DNA of 64,000 nucleotides, taken from NCBI GenBank assembly GCA_001662655.1, contig KV460287.1; one strand, written 5' to 3'. The position numbers were made by a program, and so were the translations under genes. The notes under the pieces were generated by a model that saw nothing but the letters and a program-made list of their open reading frames with translations, was not told the DNA's origin and ran no database searches. This DNA comes from Pseudogymnoascus verrucosus (lineage: Eukaryota). This document shows, one piece after another, positions 12,425 to 22,693 of this stretch (position 1 is its first letter; the number at the start of each line of letters is the position of its first letter).

Positions 12425-13000
12425 TCACAATCCAAACTTCCCAAGCACCCAAAGCGACACCTTCCGAGAAGCCACAGCCTGTAACTGTATCACCGTCATC
12501 AGCGCGAAGAATCCCGGGATGACACACGACGCCAGCACCACCACTGCCGCCCCAACCGCCACCATTTCCCACAGCTCCGCATTCCCATCTTTCCAAGTCG
12601 GCGCGCTGCACCGCTTCTTGGCCATCTGATCAATCTTCTCGCGGACTAGGTTGGCTTGGAAAGATTGGAGGTTGCGTCTCTCGCGTTTCGTAATCTCCTG
12701 CTCTTGCTCAAGCGCTGCTTTTTCTTGTGCTACTTGTGCTCTCTCGGATTCGAGCTCTTGGAGGGCCTGCAAGAGAGCGGATTCGCGGTCGAGGAGGCTG
12801 GCTAGGCCGTTGTGCTCGAAGGGGGTGGAGAAGACGTCGGAGGGGGTGGGGGGGAGGAGGGAGGAGGCCCAGCTGATGGTCGAGGAGGCGGGGCTGCTGG
12901 GGCGTTCGGGGGGGGTGGGTGGTGGTGGGTTATAAGGCGAGGGTATTATTGGTAGTGGGTTGTCAGACAAGGGCGTGGGTGGTGGTGGGTTTTCAGACAT
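12425..13000 (-). CDS. Array member 1: P/S-rich N-terminus, coiled coil, C-terminal TM (191 aa)
   Basis: ATG ORF; heptad-rich LLDRESALLQALQELESERAQVAQEKAALEQEQ; hydrophobic tail MVAVGAAVVVLASCVIPGFFALMTVI. Confidence 0.8.
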   Translation of the reverse strand: MSENPPPPTPLSDNPLPIIPSPYNPPPPTPPERPSSPASSTISWASSLLPPTPSDVFSTPFEHNGLASLLDRESALLQALQELESERAQVAQEKAALEQEQEITKRERRNLQSFQANLVREKIDQMAKKRCSAPTWKDGNAELWEMVAVGAAVVVLASCVIPGFFALMTVIQLQAVASRKVSLWVLGKFGL

Positions 13001-13180
13001 AGCTGCAATAGTTGTATTTGCGCTTTAGTATGTCTGTGTTTAATTCTTGATGTGGAGTTTTGATATGGCAGTGTTCTGGGCGGTATTCCAGGCGGTATTT
13101 TAACGGAAAAGGGAGGGATACGTCCCGGAAATGGAGGTGGGGTGATATAGAAACAAAATGAGAACGGAAGATATGATGGG

Positions 13181-13250
13181 CTCATTCACTAGTACGACGC
13201 ATTTATTAAGTTTGACAGCTACTGCATTTAGTCTTATAACCTCGTACCTA
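13181..13250. promoter_or_regulatory. Conserved intergenic element of the array (reference copy)
   Basis: ATTCACTAGTACGACGCATTTATTAAGTTTGACAGCTACTGCATTTAGTCTTATAA; related copies near 14011, 14931, 15711, 16061, 16731, 17871, 18711, 19451, 20031, 20141, 20411, 22761 and 23271. Confidence 0.65.
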
Positions 13251-13344
13251 GCCAGCAACTATTCCTCGTCTCCGTAATATATTATGGTTAGCCAAAAACA
13301 GGCCTCCCGTGCCCCTTAACGCCACATCATGCCTTTCCCCATCA

Positions 13345-13797
13345 TCAACCCACCACCTGGACAGCCCATCTCAGCATTCTCATACACGCCACCCATTGTG
13401 CAGAGAACAACGAGAGGGCTATGAATATCGCCGGCATGATGAACAATACGAATGCCGCCGCACCCATCGCGCTGTATATCTCCTTGCGCTGGCGCTCCGC
13501 CTCCGTGGCCTTCTTTTGCTCCGTTGCTAGTTTGGCTTTGTTGCATGCGGACGCGAGCTCGTCACGTTCCTTCTGCAGCTCGTCCTTCTCGCGCTGTAGC
13601 TCAGCCTTTTCGCGCTCGAGCTTGGCGATTTCCCGTGCGAATTCCTGAGAGCCTTTTGAGAGCGCTGTTTCGGGCTGGTCTGGGCTGGTACTGGTTTCCT
13701 CGGTGCTGAGGGCGGGGGAGGTGGTGCGAGGGGTGGCGGGGATAGTGAAGGAGTTGTAACTGGAACTGGAGCTGCTGCTGGAGCTGGTTGGAGACAT
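13345..13797 (-). CDS. Array member 2: S/T-rich, coiled coil, C-terminal TM
   Basis: First ATG at 13797; ETALSKGSQEFAREIAKLEREKAELQREKDEL; TM AAAFVLFIMPAIFIALSLF; clear similarity to member 4. Confidence 0.8.
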   Translation of the reverse strand: MSPTSSSSSSSSSYNSFTIPATPRTTSPALSTEETSTSPDQPETALSKGSQEFAREIAKLEREKAELQREKDELQKERDELASACNKAKLATEQKKATEAERQRKEIYSAMGAAAFVLFIMPAIFIALSLFSAQWVACMRMLRWAVQVVG

Positions 13798-14192
13798 GGT
13801 CCTGCTGGGCCGCAAAGAAGCCGAGGTTGGTGGGAGGCGAAGAGACAGGGTAGTTGATATTATTTATTTGGGGGTTTGAGTGTTTGTGGTCTACTGAGAT
13901 GCTACGTTGGTATTCCGGGTCGGCATTTAAGTATGAAAAAAGAGGAAGAGGGGGAAAGAAATGTATAGGGGATATAATAATGGAATGAGAATATAAGATG
14001 TGATAGACTAAATTAATTCACTAGAACGACGCTTTTATTGTAGTTTGACAGCTACTGCATTTAGTCTCATAAGCTCATACTATAGTCGGTAGGCGTTTCG
14101 CATCTTGGATCTGCTCTATGATAAGTGATAGCGGGCTAAAAACATCGTCTCTTCCGTGTCCCTGGCGCCATGCATGTCCACCTTCTTCTCGA

Positions 14193-14753
14193 TCACCGGC
14201 TGACCGCGGCGACTCCCCAAGACACCATCCTCCAACCTATCGCCACTTCCGTCGCGACCACTGTAACTCCGAGCGATACCAACGGGATGTAAAGCAACGC
14301 AGCTGTTACGGCCTTCATCACTGCACCCTTGCTGTGAGAATATAGCTCTTTGAGGTTCTCCATCAACAATTCCAACTTCTTCTCCCATTCTTCCAGACAA
14401 GCACGTTCTTCCTTGCATTTCTCTGCGGCCTTTTTCTCCGCTGCATTCAGCGCCACCATATCGCGCTTCAGCTCCTCTATCTTCAGCTCCAGCTCGGCCT
14501 TCTTGCTCTTGAGGTCTGCGTAGTCTCGCTCCAGTTGGGAAATTTCGCCCACGATGTCTTTGGTGGCCTCGTCTAGGGCAATTGTTTTGTGGTAGAGGCT
14601 AGTGGGGGTTGCCTCATTGCCGGGAGTTGGAGAAGCGCCGCCGGGGGTGAGGAGGGTGGTGGAGTGGATGGAGCTGGAGGAGGTGGAGCGGGATGAAGTG
14701 GTGTGGCCGGTGGGTGATGGAGAACTCGGGTTTGGTGGTGGGTGTGGAGACAT
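14193..14753 (-). CDS. Array member 3: S/P/T-rich, coiled coil, C-terminal TM
   Basis: ATG at 14753 (MSPHPPP); long coiled coil; TM ALLYIPLVSLGVTVVATEVAIGWRMVSW, similar to member 4's FLAIPVVALGSTLISVEAVGAWRMFVW. Confidence 0.8.
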   Translation of the reverse strand: MSPHPPPNPSSPSPTGHTTSSRSTSSSSIHSTTLLTPGGASPTPGNEATPTSLYHKTIALDEATKDIVGEISQLERDYADLKSKKAELELKIEELKRDMVALNAAEKKAAEKCKEERACLEEWEKKLELLMENLKELYSHSKGAVMKAVTAALLYIPLVSLGVTVVATEVAIGWRMVSWGVAAVSR

Positions 14754-15084
14754 GGTGCTCAAATTTGTGTGTTTGTGTGGTTTGTGGTTGGTATGGCTGT
14801 AATCTAATGAACTGATATGTTGGTATTCTAGGGCGATGTCTAGGTACGTAAAAAGACAAAGAGAAAGAGGGCAATCAGAAATTGGGGACGGAAATATTGG
14901 AACAGAGTGAGAACGGAAGGTACGATGGACTAATTCTGCAGTACGACGTTTTTAATAAATTTGGCAGCTACTGCATTTAGTCTAACAATCTGGTACTATA
15001 GTCGGCTCCAGTTTCGCATCTTAGATCTTCTCAGTAACACACGATTATGGCTCCAAAAACAAATCCTTAATGCCATCTTATGCC

Positions 15085-15556
15085 CTAATGACCGGCCGCC
15101 GCCGCTATAGCCCAAACAAACATTCTCCAGGCCCCCACCGCCTCCACCGATATCAATGTGGAGCCCAGGGCCACTACCGGGATGGCAAGGAAGACGATCG
15201 CCGCTATGAACACGCCCTCCCATAGACGTTCCATCTCCTTGGTCCTCTTCTGCTTAACCGCCAGAGTTACCTTGTCCGTTGCGGCTGCGAACTCGTCTTT
15301 CTCGCGCTGAAACTCAGCCTTCTTGAGAAAGAAGGCCGCTTTTTCGATCGCGAGCTCCTTGGAAGCCTTGGAGAGCGCTGTTTCGCGTTGGCGAAGCTTG
15401 ATTTGGGCCATCTCGTAGCTGGGGGTTGGAGAGGTATCGCGGGGGGTGAACGGGCTGGTGTTAAACCGGGTAGAGCTGGTGGAGCTGGTGGACGTGGAGC
15501 GGCAGGTGCGGCTGCTTGGACTTGGGCTTGGGGAGCGAATGAGGGTGAGGAGACAT
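15085..15556 (-). pseudogene. Array member 4, frameshifted near the N-terminus (or N-terminally shortened gene 15411-15085)
   Basis: ATG at 15556 reads MSPHP (identical to the start of member 3) but is 1 nt out of frame with IRSPSPSPSSRTCRSTST...YEMAQIKLRQRETALSK. Confidence 0.65.
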
Positions 15557-15762
15557 GGATGTGGTGATTTTATATGTTGGATGAGATGTTGAGATGGTGA
15601 TATGGTGTTGAAACGTTCGTAGTTGGTATTCCAGATCTGTACGGGTAGTAGAGAACGAAAGGGGAGAGAAGGGAATATATATACAAAACGAAAATGGAAG
15701 GTGCGATGGGTTTGTTCTCTAGTATGATACTTTTATTAGAGTTTGACAGTTACTCCATTTGG

Positions 15763-15942
15763 CTAGTGGCGGACCGCCCCTTCCTTAGCAGCCATGTCCG
15801 TGTGTATCGCACTTTCCATTCGTCGCCCCTTTCCTGTCACAATCATCTCCATACGCCATCGCCCCATCAATTAATAATTAATTTCTGGGTTTTCCACTGG
15901 TAGGTTTGGGTCGGAGTGTGGCGGAGGAGGCGGTTGCGCCAT
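15763..15942 (-). pseudogene. Array relic 5
   Basis: ACCATGG start, MAQPPPPPHSDPNLPVENPEINY then TAA (15873-15871); has its own copy of the conserved element (16061-16130) and the TTGGTATT motif. Confidence 0.5.
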
Positions 15943-16189
15943 GGTGGCAGGGTTGTGTTGAATTGGCGAATTGGTATTTTCAGGGGGTGTGTAGATGGAT
16001 AGTGAGAGAATCGAAGCAGCGAGAGCAATAGAGAGGGTTGTAGAAATGGAATGGTGGCGTGAAATGGACTGATTTCATGATATTATTAATATTTGATTAT
16101 ACTGCGCCTAGTCTCAAACCCTCACGCCACATAGAACTCCCCAAACGTCCGGCCATCTCGAATTATCCGCGATGCAACAAGCTGTCTTC

Positions 16190-16612
16190 CTCGTCACCAC
16201 CGCCACAAATCAACAACAAGTCGTGGACCGCATCGCCGCAGCTGCAGCCACAGTCCCAGTCCATACCGCCGTCAAGAACCAAACTAGACAGCCCAGCAGA
16301 AACTCACTCGCGGCTTATTACCCCACTTCTTCCCCATCTCCTTCCCCCTCTCATTTTCCAACTTCCTAATTTCCTTCTCAATCTTCTTCATCTCCTTCTT
16401 GCTCTCTTTCTCCCTCTTGTCGCCCTTTTTTTCTCTATCTTCTTCTCCTCGTCTATCTCCTCGTTGAGCTCCCTCTCCTTTCGGATGCGATTAATCTCAT
16501 GCACAGATAGATTGCTTTTATATATGAGCTCCTCGCTCTCTAACTGCATTTCGAGACGGCGGAGATTGAGTTGGGTGGAGATTGAAATGGTGGTTCGAGG
16601 TTCAGATTCCAT
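16190..16612 (-). pseudogene. Array member 6, multiply frameshifted
   Basis: QLNLRRLEMQLESEEL signature; the coiled coil continues in another frame after an A7 run at 16426-16432 (GDKREKESKKEMKKIEKEIRKLENE); the TM-like EFLLGCLVWFLTAVW is in a third frame. Confidence 0.6.
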
Positions 16613-16799
16613 GATGACAATGATTTTGTGTTGTTTAATGAGTTTCTGGGTTGCTGGTTCGATATTCTCGAGCGTTATATAGATATGAAGGTAAACAGGT
16701 CGTGGGTGAAAGTAATGTAAAGGGATGACACGGGCTTATTTGTAGTACGAATCTTTCATTAGCAACTTTATTTAGTCGCAAAACCTCACACCATGAAGA

Positions 16800-16940
16800 A
16801 ATAGGCCGCCAAGTATCGTACCAGAGCGATGGGGGCCGACTAGCAGTCCTTCTATACCCCCCAAGAATCCAAAGACCACACCGTTGATTAGGTTGTGGGT
16901 TTGATGGCTGGGATGATGGTTTAAATGGTTCAGAAATCAT
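16800..16940 (-). pseudogene. Possible array relic 7
   Basis: MISEPFKPSSQPSNPQPN start typical of the family; TTGGTATT motif near 16995 and a weak element copy at 17091-17156; no recognisable coiled coil. Confidence 0.35.
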
Positions 16941-17207
16941 TATGGGGAGTTGTGCGTTGTAGGTAACAAAAGAATTGCTTGATAGGTTGATCTGTTGGTA
17001 TTATATAGTAGCACCTAGACAATGAAAATAAAATGGAGGGTTGCAAAGGTAATTTGACAATGAAAACCGAATTGGGGGTGATGACATGTGAGAAAATGGG
17101 CTGATATTCCTACACAACACTCTCACTGCTACTTTAAATCTTAAAATCTCGTAGTCAGGTTACTCATTCCCTATGAGCGACCTAGACTGTACATCCTCTC
17201 TAATAAA

Positions 17208-17727
17208 CTAGATAACATTCTTCATAAACCAGATCAACACTATGACCAAAACACTGTGAAGGAAAATAACCACGAAAAGAGCAGCAATATCAATATCCCC
17301 TCGCCTATACCCATCGCAACTTCCATGCCCGCAATTTCTCCATCAGTTGGGGCCTCGTCCTCGGCGTCTGGTTTCCGAACTCAGACTTAAGGTCAGTTGA
17401 AAACTTCTGGTACTTGAGTTCGAGATCGTCTCTTCGCCGCTCGGCTTCGAGGGCCATTTTTCGCTGCATAATCTCAAAATCAGTCTTCTGTTTCTCTCGC
17501 TTGGCCTCAATATCTGCCTTGCGGCGCTCATATTTCATCTCCGCTTTATCGAGATTATGCTTGGCTCTGTAGAACTTGCACTTTAGTAGGGCCTCCTTGC
17601 TCTTGGACTTCAGCTCGGTTTTCTCAAGATCCAACTCGCGGTTGCGTAGGTTGATTTGGGCGTCATTAAGTGATGGCGGGGTTATAGGGGAGCTGGAGGT
17701 ACCAGGAGTGTGGGTGTAAGGGGCCAT
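17208..17727 (-). CDS. Array member 8: coiled-coil ORF 17727-17305 with its TM tail displaced out of frame
   Basis: AQINLRNRELDLEKTEL signature; the hydrophobic DIDIAALFVVIFLHSVLVIVLIWFMKNVI* lies just past the stop in another frame (ends 17208). Confidence 0.65.
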
Positions 17728-17996
17728 TGTGGTGGTGATCGTGTATTTGTAGTTTGTAGTTTAGTAATTTAGTGAGGTTGTTGGTCGGTCTGTTGTTATA
17801 TTCTGCGGTATCTAGATGGGAAGACGAGAAATGGGGCAAGGGCAGATATAAGAAAATAATGAAATCGAAAATGAGCTAATATTTAGCACACCGCGTTATT
17901 AAGTTTAGTCACTATTGCGCTTAGTCTTAAAACCACACGCTATGAGAAACTACGTTTTTACAAAGAATCCATAGATTTTCCATTTCTAAAAAAAAC

Positions 17997-18587
17997 TCAG
18001 TTACAACCAACAATCCAACATTCCATCATACCTATTGGAATAGTCATCACCATTGCGAAAGCCACGAAAAGAAGAACAATTGCGGAAAAAGCTAAAATCA
18101 CTAGTATTATCACACCCACGACATTCCCTATATCACTCCACTTCCAACCCTTGGATAGACTGTGCTGTGGTACACTATGCGTGTGTGTATGGTCGGTGGC
18201 TTTGTGCTTCGTCTCAAGCTGGACCTTCTTACGTCCAATCTCAATATCTATCTTCTCCTTCTGTAGCCTGAGATCAAACTCCTGTTTGTATTGTTTAAGC
18301 TCGAGTTCGGCTTTCTCGGCCTTGAACTTGATCTCTGCTTTTTCTAGCTCCATCTCGTGGTAGCGGAGGGTTATTTGGTGGTCTCGTTTCGAGCATTCAC
18401 AAGAAGACATGGAGGGCGCGCCAGAAATAGTTTCCGAGCTGGTAGAACTATTGTAGTCGGTGTATATGCTGGAGCTGCTAAGGCTGGCGGTAATGTTTCC
18501 TAAGGCGTTGCTATGAGATGAGGGTTGTTCCTAGGATGTTGGGTTTGGTGATGGGTGAAATGGGTTTGTTAAAGGGCGAGGACTCAT
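17997..18587 (-). pseudogene. Array member 9 with an in-frame TAG in the N-terminal part (downstream ORF 18410-17997 intact)
   Basis: ATG 18587 is in frame with 18410; TAG at 18533-18531; QITLRYHEMELEKAEI signature; long TM VVGVIILVILAFSAIVLLFVAFAMVM. Confidence 0.65.
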
Positions 18588-18885
18588 AGTAGTAGATACT
18601 ATGTTCGCAGTGTAATGTGTTAAAGGATTTATATGTCAATCTATGAGTATTATAGAGTGGTATGTTATTAGTGTGAGAAGAATATTAGGAATATATGAGA
18701 CAGGAGGAAGTAAGCTAGTCATTAGCCGGCTTATTAAAGTTTAGCTAATGAAGCACTTAGTCTCAAAATACTCACGCCATTATAAAGGCAGACATATGGC
18801 AAATCAAATCTAATTCATCTTTCATTTTCCCTTCTAGGCAACTCACTTAGCCTACTCATTAGCTCCCACCAGTTCAATACGGCAT

Positions 18886-19347
18886 CTACTTAGGCGCAGC
18901 TGCAGCCGACAGCGCCTTGCTCACCATAAAGAGCACAGCGAGCATAAAACACCCTATGCCTCCTATCAATTGACCCGCACCATCCGAAATCCCCTCATTG
19001 TGTACCTTGAGCTCACGCTCGCTTTTATGATAGATGCCCTCTGACCGGATCTTCTGGGGCCTGTGCTCGAGCTCGGCCTTATTAAAGCTGGACCGGAGCT
19101 GAAATATCTGAAGCTTGTGGTCAAGCTCTGCCTTTCCGAGAGCCATCTCCTTGCAGCGAAGCATGATTTTGGATCTGTCATTTTTATTTTCTGAGTTAGA
19201 GAGGCGAGTCTTGTGATTGGGCCCAGAGACACTAGAGCTGTTGGAGTCCGTGGTACTACTAGGACTTCTAGGCTGTGGATCAGCGGCATAACCGATAGGA
19301 GATTGGCTTGATAGGCGGTGCGAGGTTGTTAAGGGTTGATCAGCCAT
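18886..19347 (-). CDS. Array member 10 (153 aa)
   Basis: KIMLRCKEMALGKAEL signature; C-terminal TM LIGGIGCFMLAVLFMV; N-terminus similar to member 9 (QPLT/RPLT, TDSNSS/TDYNSS). Confidence 0.75.
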   Translation of the reverse strand: MADQPLTTSHRLSSQSPIGYAADPQPRSPSSTTDSNSSSVSGPNHKTRLSNSENKNDRSKIMLRCKEMALGKAELDHKLQIFQLRSSFNKAELEHRPQKIRSEGIYHKSERELKVHNEGISDGAGQLIGGIGCFMLAVLFMVSKALSAAAAPK

Positions 19348-19542
19348 GGTGGTGGGTATTCCTTCTGTAACTCAGTAAGCTAATGGGTTGAGTGTTTAAA
19401 ATCGTATGCGAAGAGGCCGATAAGGCGAGTGTATGATATGAGAAACGCGGAATGGGGCTAATTTTAGCCTACTTACTAAAGTTTGACAGCTCATTGTCAA
19501 GCCATGCAAGTCACGCACATCTGTCATCGAACATCCTGTTCA

Positions 19543-19890
19543 TCAGGCCTCACAAAACAACTCTCTAGTTCCATAATTAACATAAAGCCGTCCTATGCAA
19601 AATCCTTTAACGTTTCCACCAATAGATAATTGCGAACACCACAATGAGTGCAGCAAGGACAACGCTAGCACTTTCCTCGCGCTCTTTTTTTTCCCTCGCT
19701 GTCTGGATTTCCTGCTTTCGTATCTGGAGACTAAGTTCGTCATTCTGTAGCCGGTATATTCCCGACGAAGGCGGATCCCATCGTGTGTGAGACCGTATGG
19801 AGGCGATGTCCTCGGTGTTTGAAGGGCTGCTGCTGAGTGGACTGGTGACAACTGTAGCGTAGACTTGTTCGTACTTCTAGGAGTACTCAT
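19543..19890 (-). CDS. Array member 11, degenerate (115 aa)
   Basis: S/T/P-rich start, GIRLRRE at the signature position, short hydrophobic VLALSLLHSLW; element copy at 20031-20090. Confidence 0.5.
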   Translation of the reverse strand: MSTPRSTNKSTLQLSPVHSAAALQTPRTSPPYGLTHDGIRLRREYTGYRMTNLVSRYESRKSRQRGKKKSARKVLALSLLHSLWCSQLSIGGNVKGFCIGRLYVNYGTRELFCEA

Positions 19891-20608
19891 GGTGAATAGT
19901 CAGAAGATTTAGCAAGTTGCAATTCCGTATGGAGTTTTGGAATGTTGCAGTTTTTCGTTTCTTGTTGCTAGAGGGAAGCGGGGTAGAATAAGGAAGTGAG
20001 AGAAAGCAACAGAAACAAAATGGGGATGTGGCGTTAAATTCTCATTGGTTTATTAGCATTTGACAGTTGTATTATCTTACACTGCCAACCTATAGTAGTA
20101 TTTCCTATTTTAATAGGAAATTATCTGATCTTTGCGCTTTTATTGAAGCGTGACCACTGCCGCACTTGGTCTCAAAACCTCATGCCACGAAGAAATTATA
20201 TACGTTGCTCATTCCTTCCAAACTTATTTACGCCCGGGCCCAATAATCTATCATTCTATCCACCGGAATAGTTATGACGAGCAATATTGGGAAGTCGCAC
20301 TAAATTCTCACTCGTTCATCAAAACATTTTGGCAGAGCGCAACTCCAAATTTCGAGCTATATACACCACGACATTAAAATGTAAATCCACACCCACATGC
20401 GCGTATAGCCATTTATTTGTCTAGCAGCAGTTACGTTCATTCAGTCTTACAATGTCAAGCTATAATAGTATTTCCTTTTATACACTCCGCTTTATCAAAC
20501 TCCCATTGAAATCAAACCCCATCACATGAATCGAATTTACCCCATCTATATAATCAAGACCTCAACCAATCCAAGGAGGTCTATTAACGGAATTTACCTC
20601 TTCTACCT

Positions 20609-21217
20609 TTACGTTACCGACATCATCCAGAGTGCAAGCGAAACAAAGGCAGCTAATATTGTGGCGTCGGTATTCCCCGACAGGGCCGCACGACTGTATC
20701 TCACGTCTTTTCCTGGGTAGGGATGTATAGTCTCTTTCACGTTCTCTCGCAAGGGCACATCAGGGCGCCTCTTATCCCCATTTCCTTTCTCGTTCTCATT
20801 CAATGGTGTATATGAGTGCGCCCCATCCTCCTTTGTCTTCGTTCTCATATCGTCCTTTGCCTTCTCCCATTTTCGTTTCATATCAGCTTTTTTCGTCGCC
20901 CATTTCCGTTTGATGTCCCCCTTTTTTGTCTTCCATTTCCATTCCCCGTCTTCCTTGCAAATCTCGCGTTTTGGTGTCAGGAGATTCAGCTCTTCTGTTT
21001 CCTTTATGTGACGTTCACACTGACAGTTGAGCTTTTCGTCGTCGTATGTAGACTGTCTTGGGTTGATGCCGGGCTTGTCCTTTTCCAGTGCGGTATGTTT
21101 GCACTGAAGGGTGGCCCCATCGTATTGGAGGCACGACGAGGGTGTCTGTGCTGTGGCGGGTGTGGAGTATGGGGGAGGTGGAGACTGTGGTCCAGATTCG
21201 GGTTTGCTTTGAGACAT
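20609..21217 (-). CDS. Array member 12 (202 aa) with PPPY motif
   Basis: SPPPPYS N-terminus; K/W-rich repeated helix (KWKTKKGDIKR/KWATKKADMKR/KWEKAKDDMRT); terminal TM ILAAFVSLALWMMSV. Confidence 0.7.
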   Translation of the reverse strand: MSQSKPESGPQSPPPPYSTPATAQTPSSCLQYDGATLQCKHTALEKDKPGINPRQSTYDDEKLNCQCERHIKETEELNLLTPKREICKEDGEWKWKTKKGDIKRKWATKKADMKRKWEKAKDDMRTKTKEDGAHSYTPLNENEKGNGDKRRPDVPLRENVKETIHPYPGKDVRYSRAALSGNTDATILAAFVSLALWMMSVT

Positions 21218-21614
21218 GGCAATAGTGATGGGTTTGCCGTTTAAGCGGCGTTTATAGCACTTTGAGTGTGGTTGTTTTTGAGATTGTGTATTGAGATTGC
21301 GTATGGAGACAAAAGTAAGGGAAAGGAAGAAAGGGAACGCGAGAGAACAGCAAGGGATAGAGCGAAAAGGCGACGAAAGTGAAACTACAAAGGGGCCAAT
21401 CTTAAGTATATTGTCAAAACTTGGCCATTGTAATTAATATTATCATATCAGACCATGCATCATGAGATTCAATCGTACATCTCGTTTGCCAAACTCCCAC
21501 TAAGAAAAATTCCACTAGAAGAGTCCAGTTAAATCCAGTTAAATCCTGCCTACGTCAAAGTTTGCCTCAACCAATCCAAGATGATCGAATGATAGTATGA
21601 CCCACGATCCACGA

Positions 21615-22121
21615 CTAAATAAACAGTATTTTGAAGGTAACGACAACCACAAATCCCATTAACAGCCATACACCCGTCTCTAGTTTATCTGCCAGTCGTT
21701 TCCGGCACGCAAGTCCAAGCTCCGCACGCTCAAGGTCAACCTGTGATCGTCGGACAGCAATATTCTTGTAGATTTCCTTGGTTGATGGCTGATTTTCAGT
21801 CTGGGTAGTTGATGGGTTGACAGTAGTGGGCTGTGGTGACTGCGGTGTTGGATGTAGTGGACGCTGTGATGTGGTTTGCGGCAGTATAGTCTCCGCTGTA
21901 GTCTGCGGTGCAGTCGGTGGTGCGGTCCGTGGTACAAATGGCGGGATATGCTGCGGTACAAACACAAATCTATAATCCCCTGTGGGCTGTAGTGTGGGAG
22001 GAGGTGTAGACACGGGTGTATTCTCAGGTGTAGACTGCGGTGTAAGCATCGGTGTGGATGCCAGAGACGACTCAGGCATGGACTCCGGTGATGGTTCAAA
22101 TGGGCTTCGGTAGACGGCCAT
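21615..22121 (-). CDS. Array member 13 (168 aa)
   Basis: Long P/T/Q-rich region, NIAVRRSQVDLERAEL signature, terminal TM VWLLMGFVVVVTFKILFI. Confidence 0.75.
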   Translation of the reverse strand: MAVYRSPFEPSPESMPESSLASTPMLTPQSTPENTPVSTPPPTLQPTGDYRFVFVPQHIPPFVPRTAPPTAPQTTAETILPQTTSQRPLHPTPQSPQPTTVNPSTTQTENQPSTKEIYKNIAVRRSQVDLERAELGLACRKRLADKLETGVWLLMGFVVVVTFKILFI

Positions 22122-22393
22122 GGCGGAGAGTTTGAAGCGCTGTCAATTTTTGTGAAGCAAAGGAGATTTGAGGTATTGTATGAGCGATATCACAGAAGAG
22201 ACGGGAAGGACGAGGTGAAGAAAGATGAAGAGGAAGGGTAATGAAATGGGAATGTGGAAAGAGTCTTATTTCTAATACCAGAAAGCCTCAGAGTATCAGA
22301 CCATGAACAGGGCATATAATTTATAGTTCTTACCCCATGCACTTTCAAATCAAAATCTCCCAAACAACCCCTGCCTATTCATTGATACAAATA

Positions 22394-22693
22394 TTAAGCC
22401 CTTGTCCCAAAAACCGTGTTGCCCACCCAGGCCACAAATATCATGAAAAGGACCCCGCTAAAACTAAATAAGGACAAAACTAACACACGAACAATACTAT
22501 TTTCGATTATGCGCGCCCATCCTGTTCTTGGGGGAGCCTCGTTCTGGTCGAGCTGTAGTTGTACTTGTTGGAGCTGGATCTCTTCTGGTGTAGGGGCTAG
22601 TCTAATGGTTCCTGCTGTATGGGGTGTTGCTGGCTGGGTGGCTGTGGAGTTTGCTGACTCGTTTGTTCTTTGAGGGGTTGACATGTCTTCCAT
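22394..22693 (-). CDS. Array member 14 (99 aa)
   Basis: EIQLQQVQLQLDQNE; TM VLVLSLFSFSGVLFMIFVAWVG. Confidence 0.7.
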   Translation of the reverse strand: MEDMSTPQRTNESANSTATQPATPHTAGTIRLAPTPEEIQLQQVQLQLDQNEAPPRTGWARIIENSIVRVLVLSLFSFSGVLFMIFVAWVGNTVFGTRA

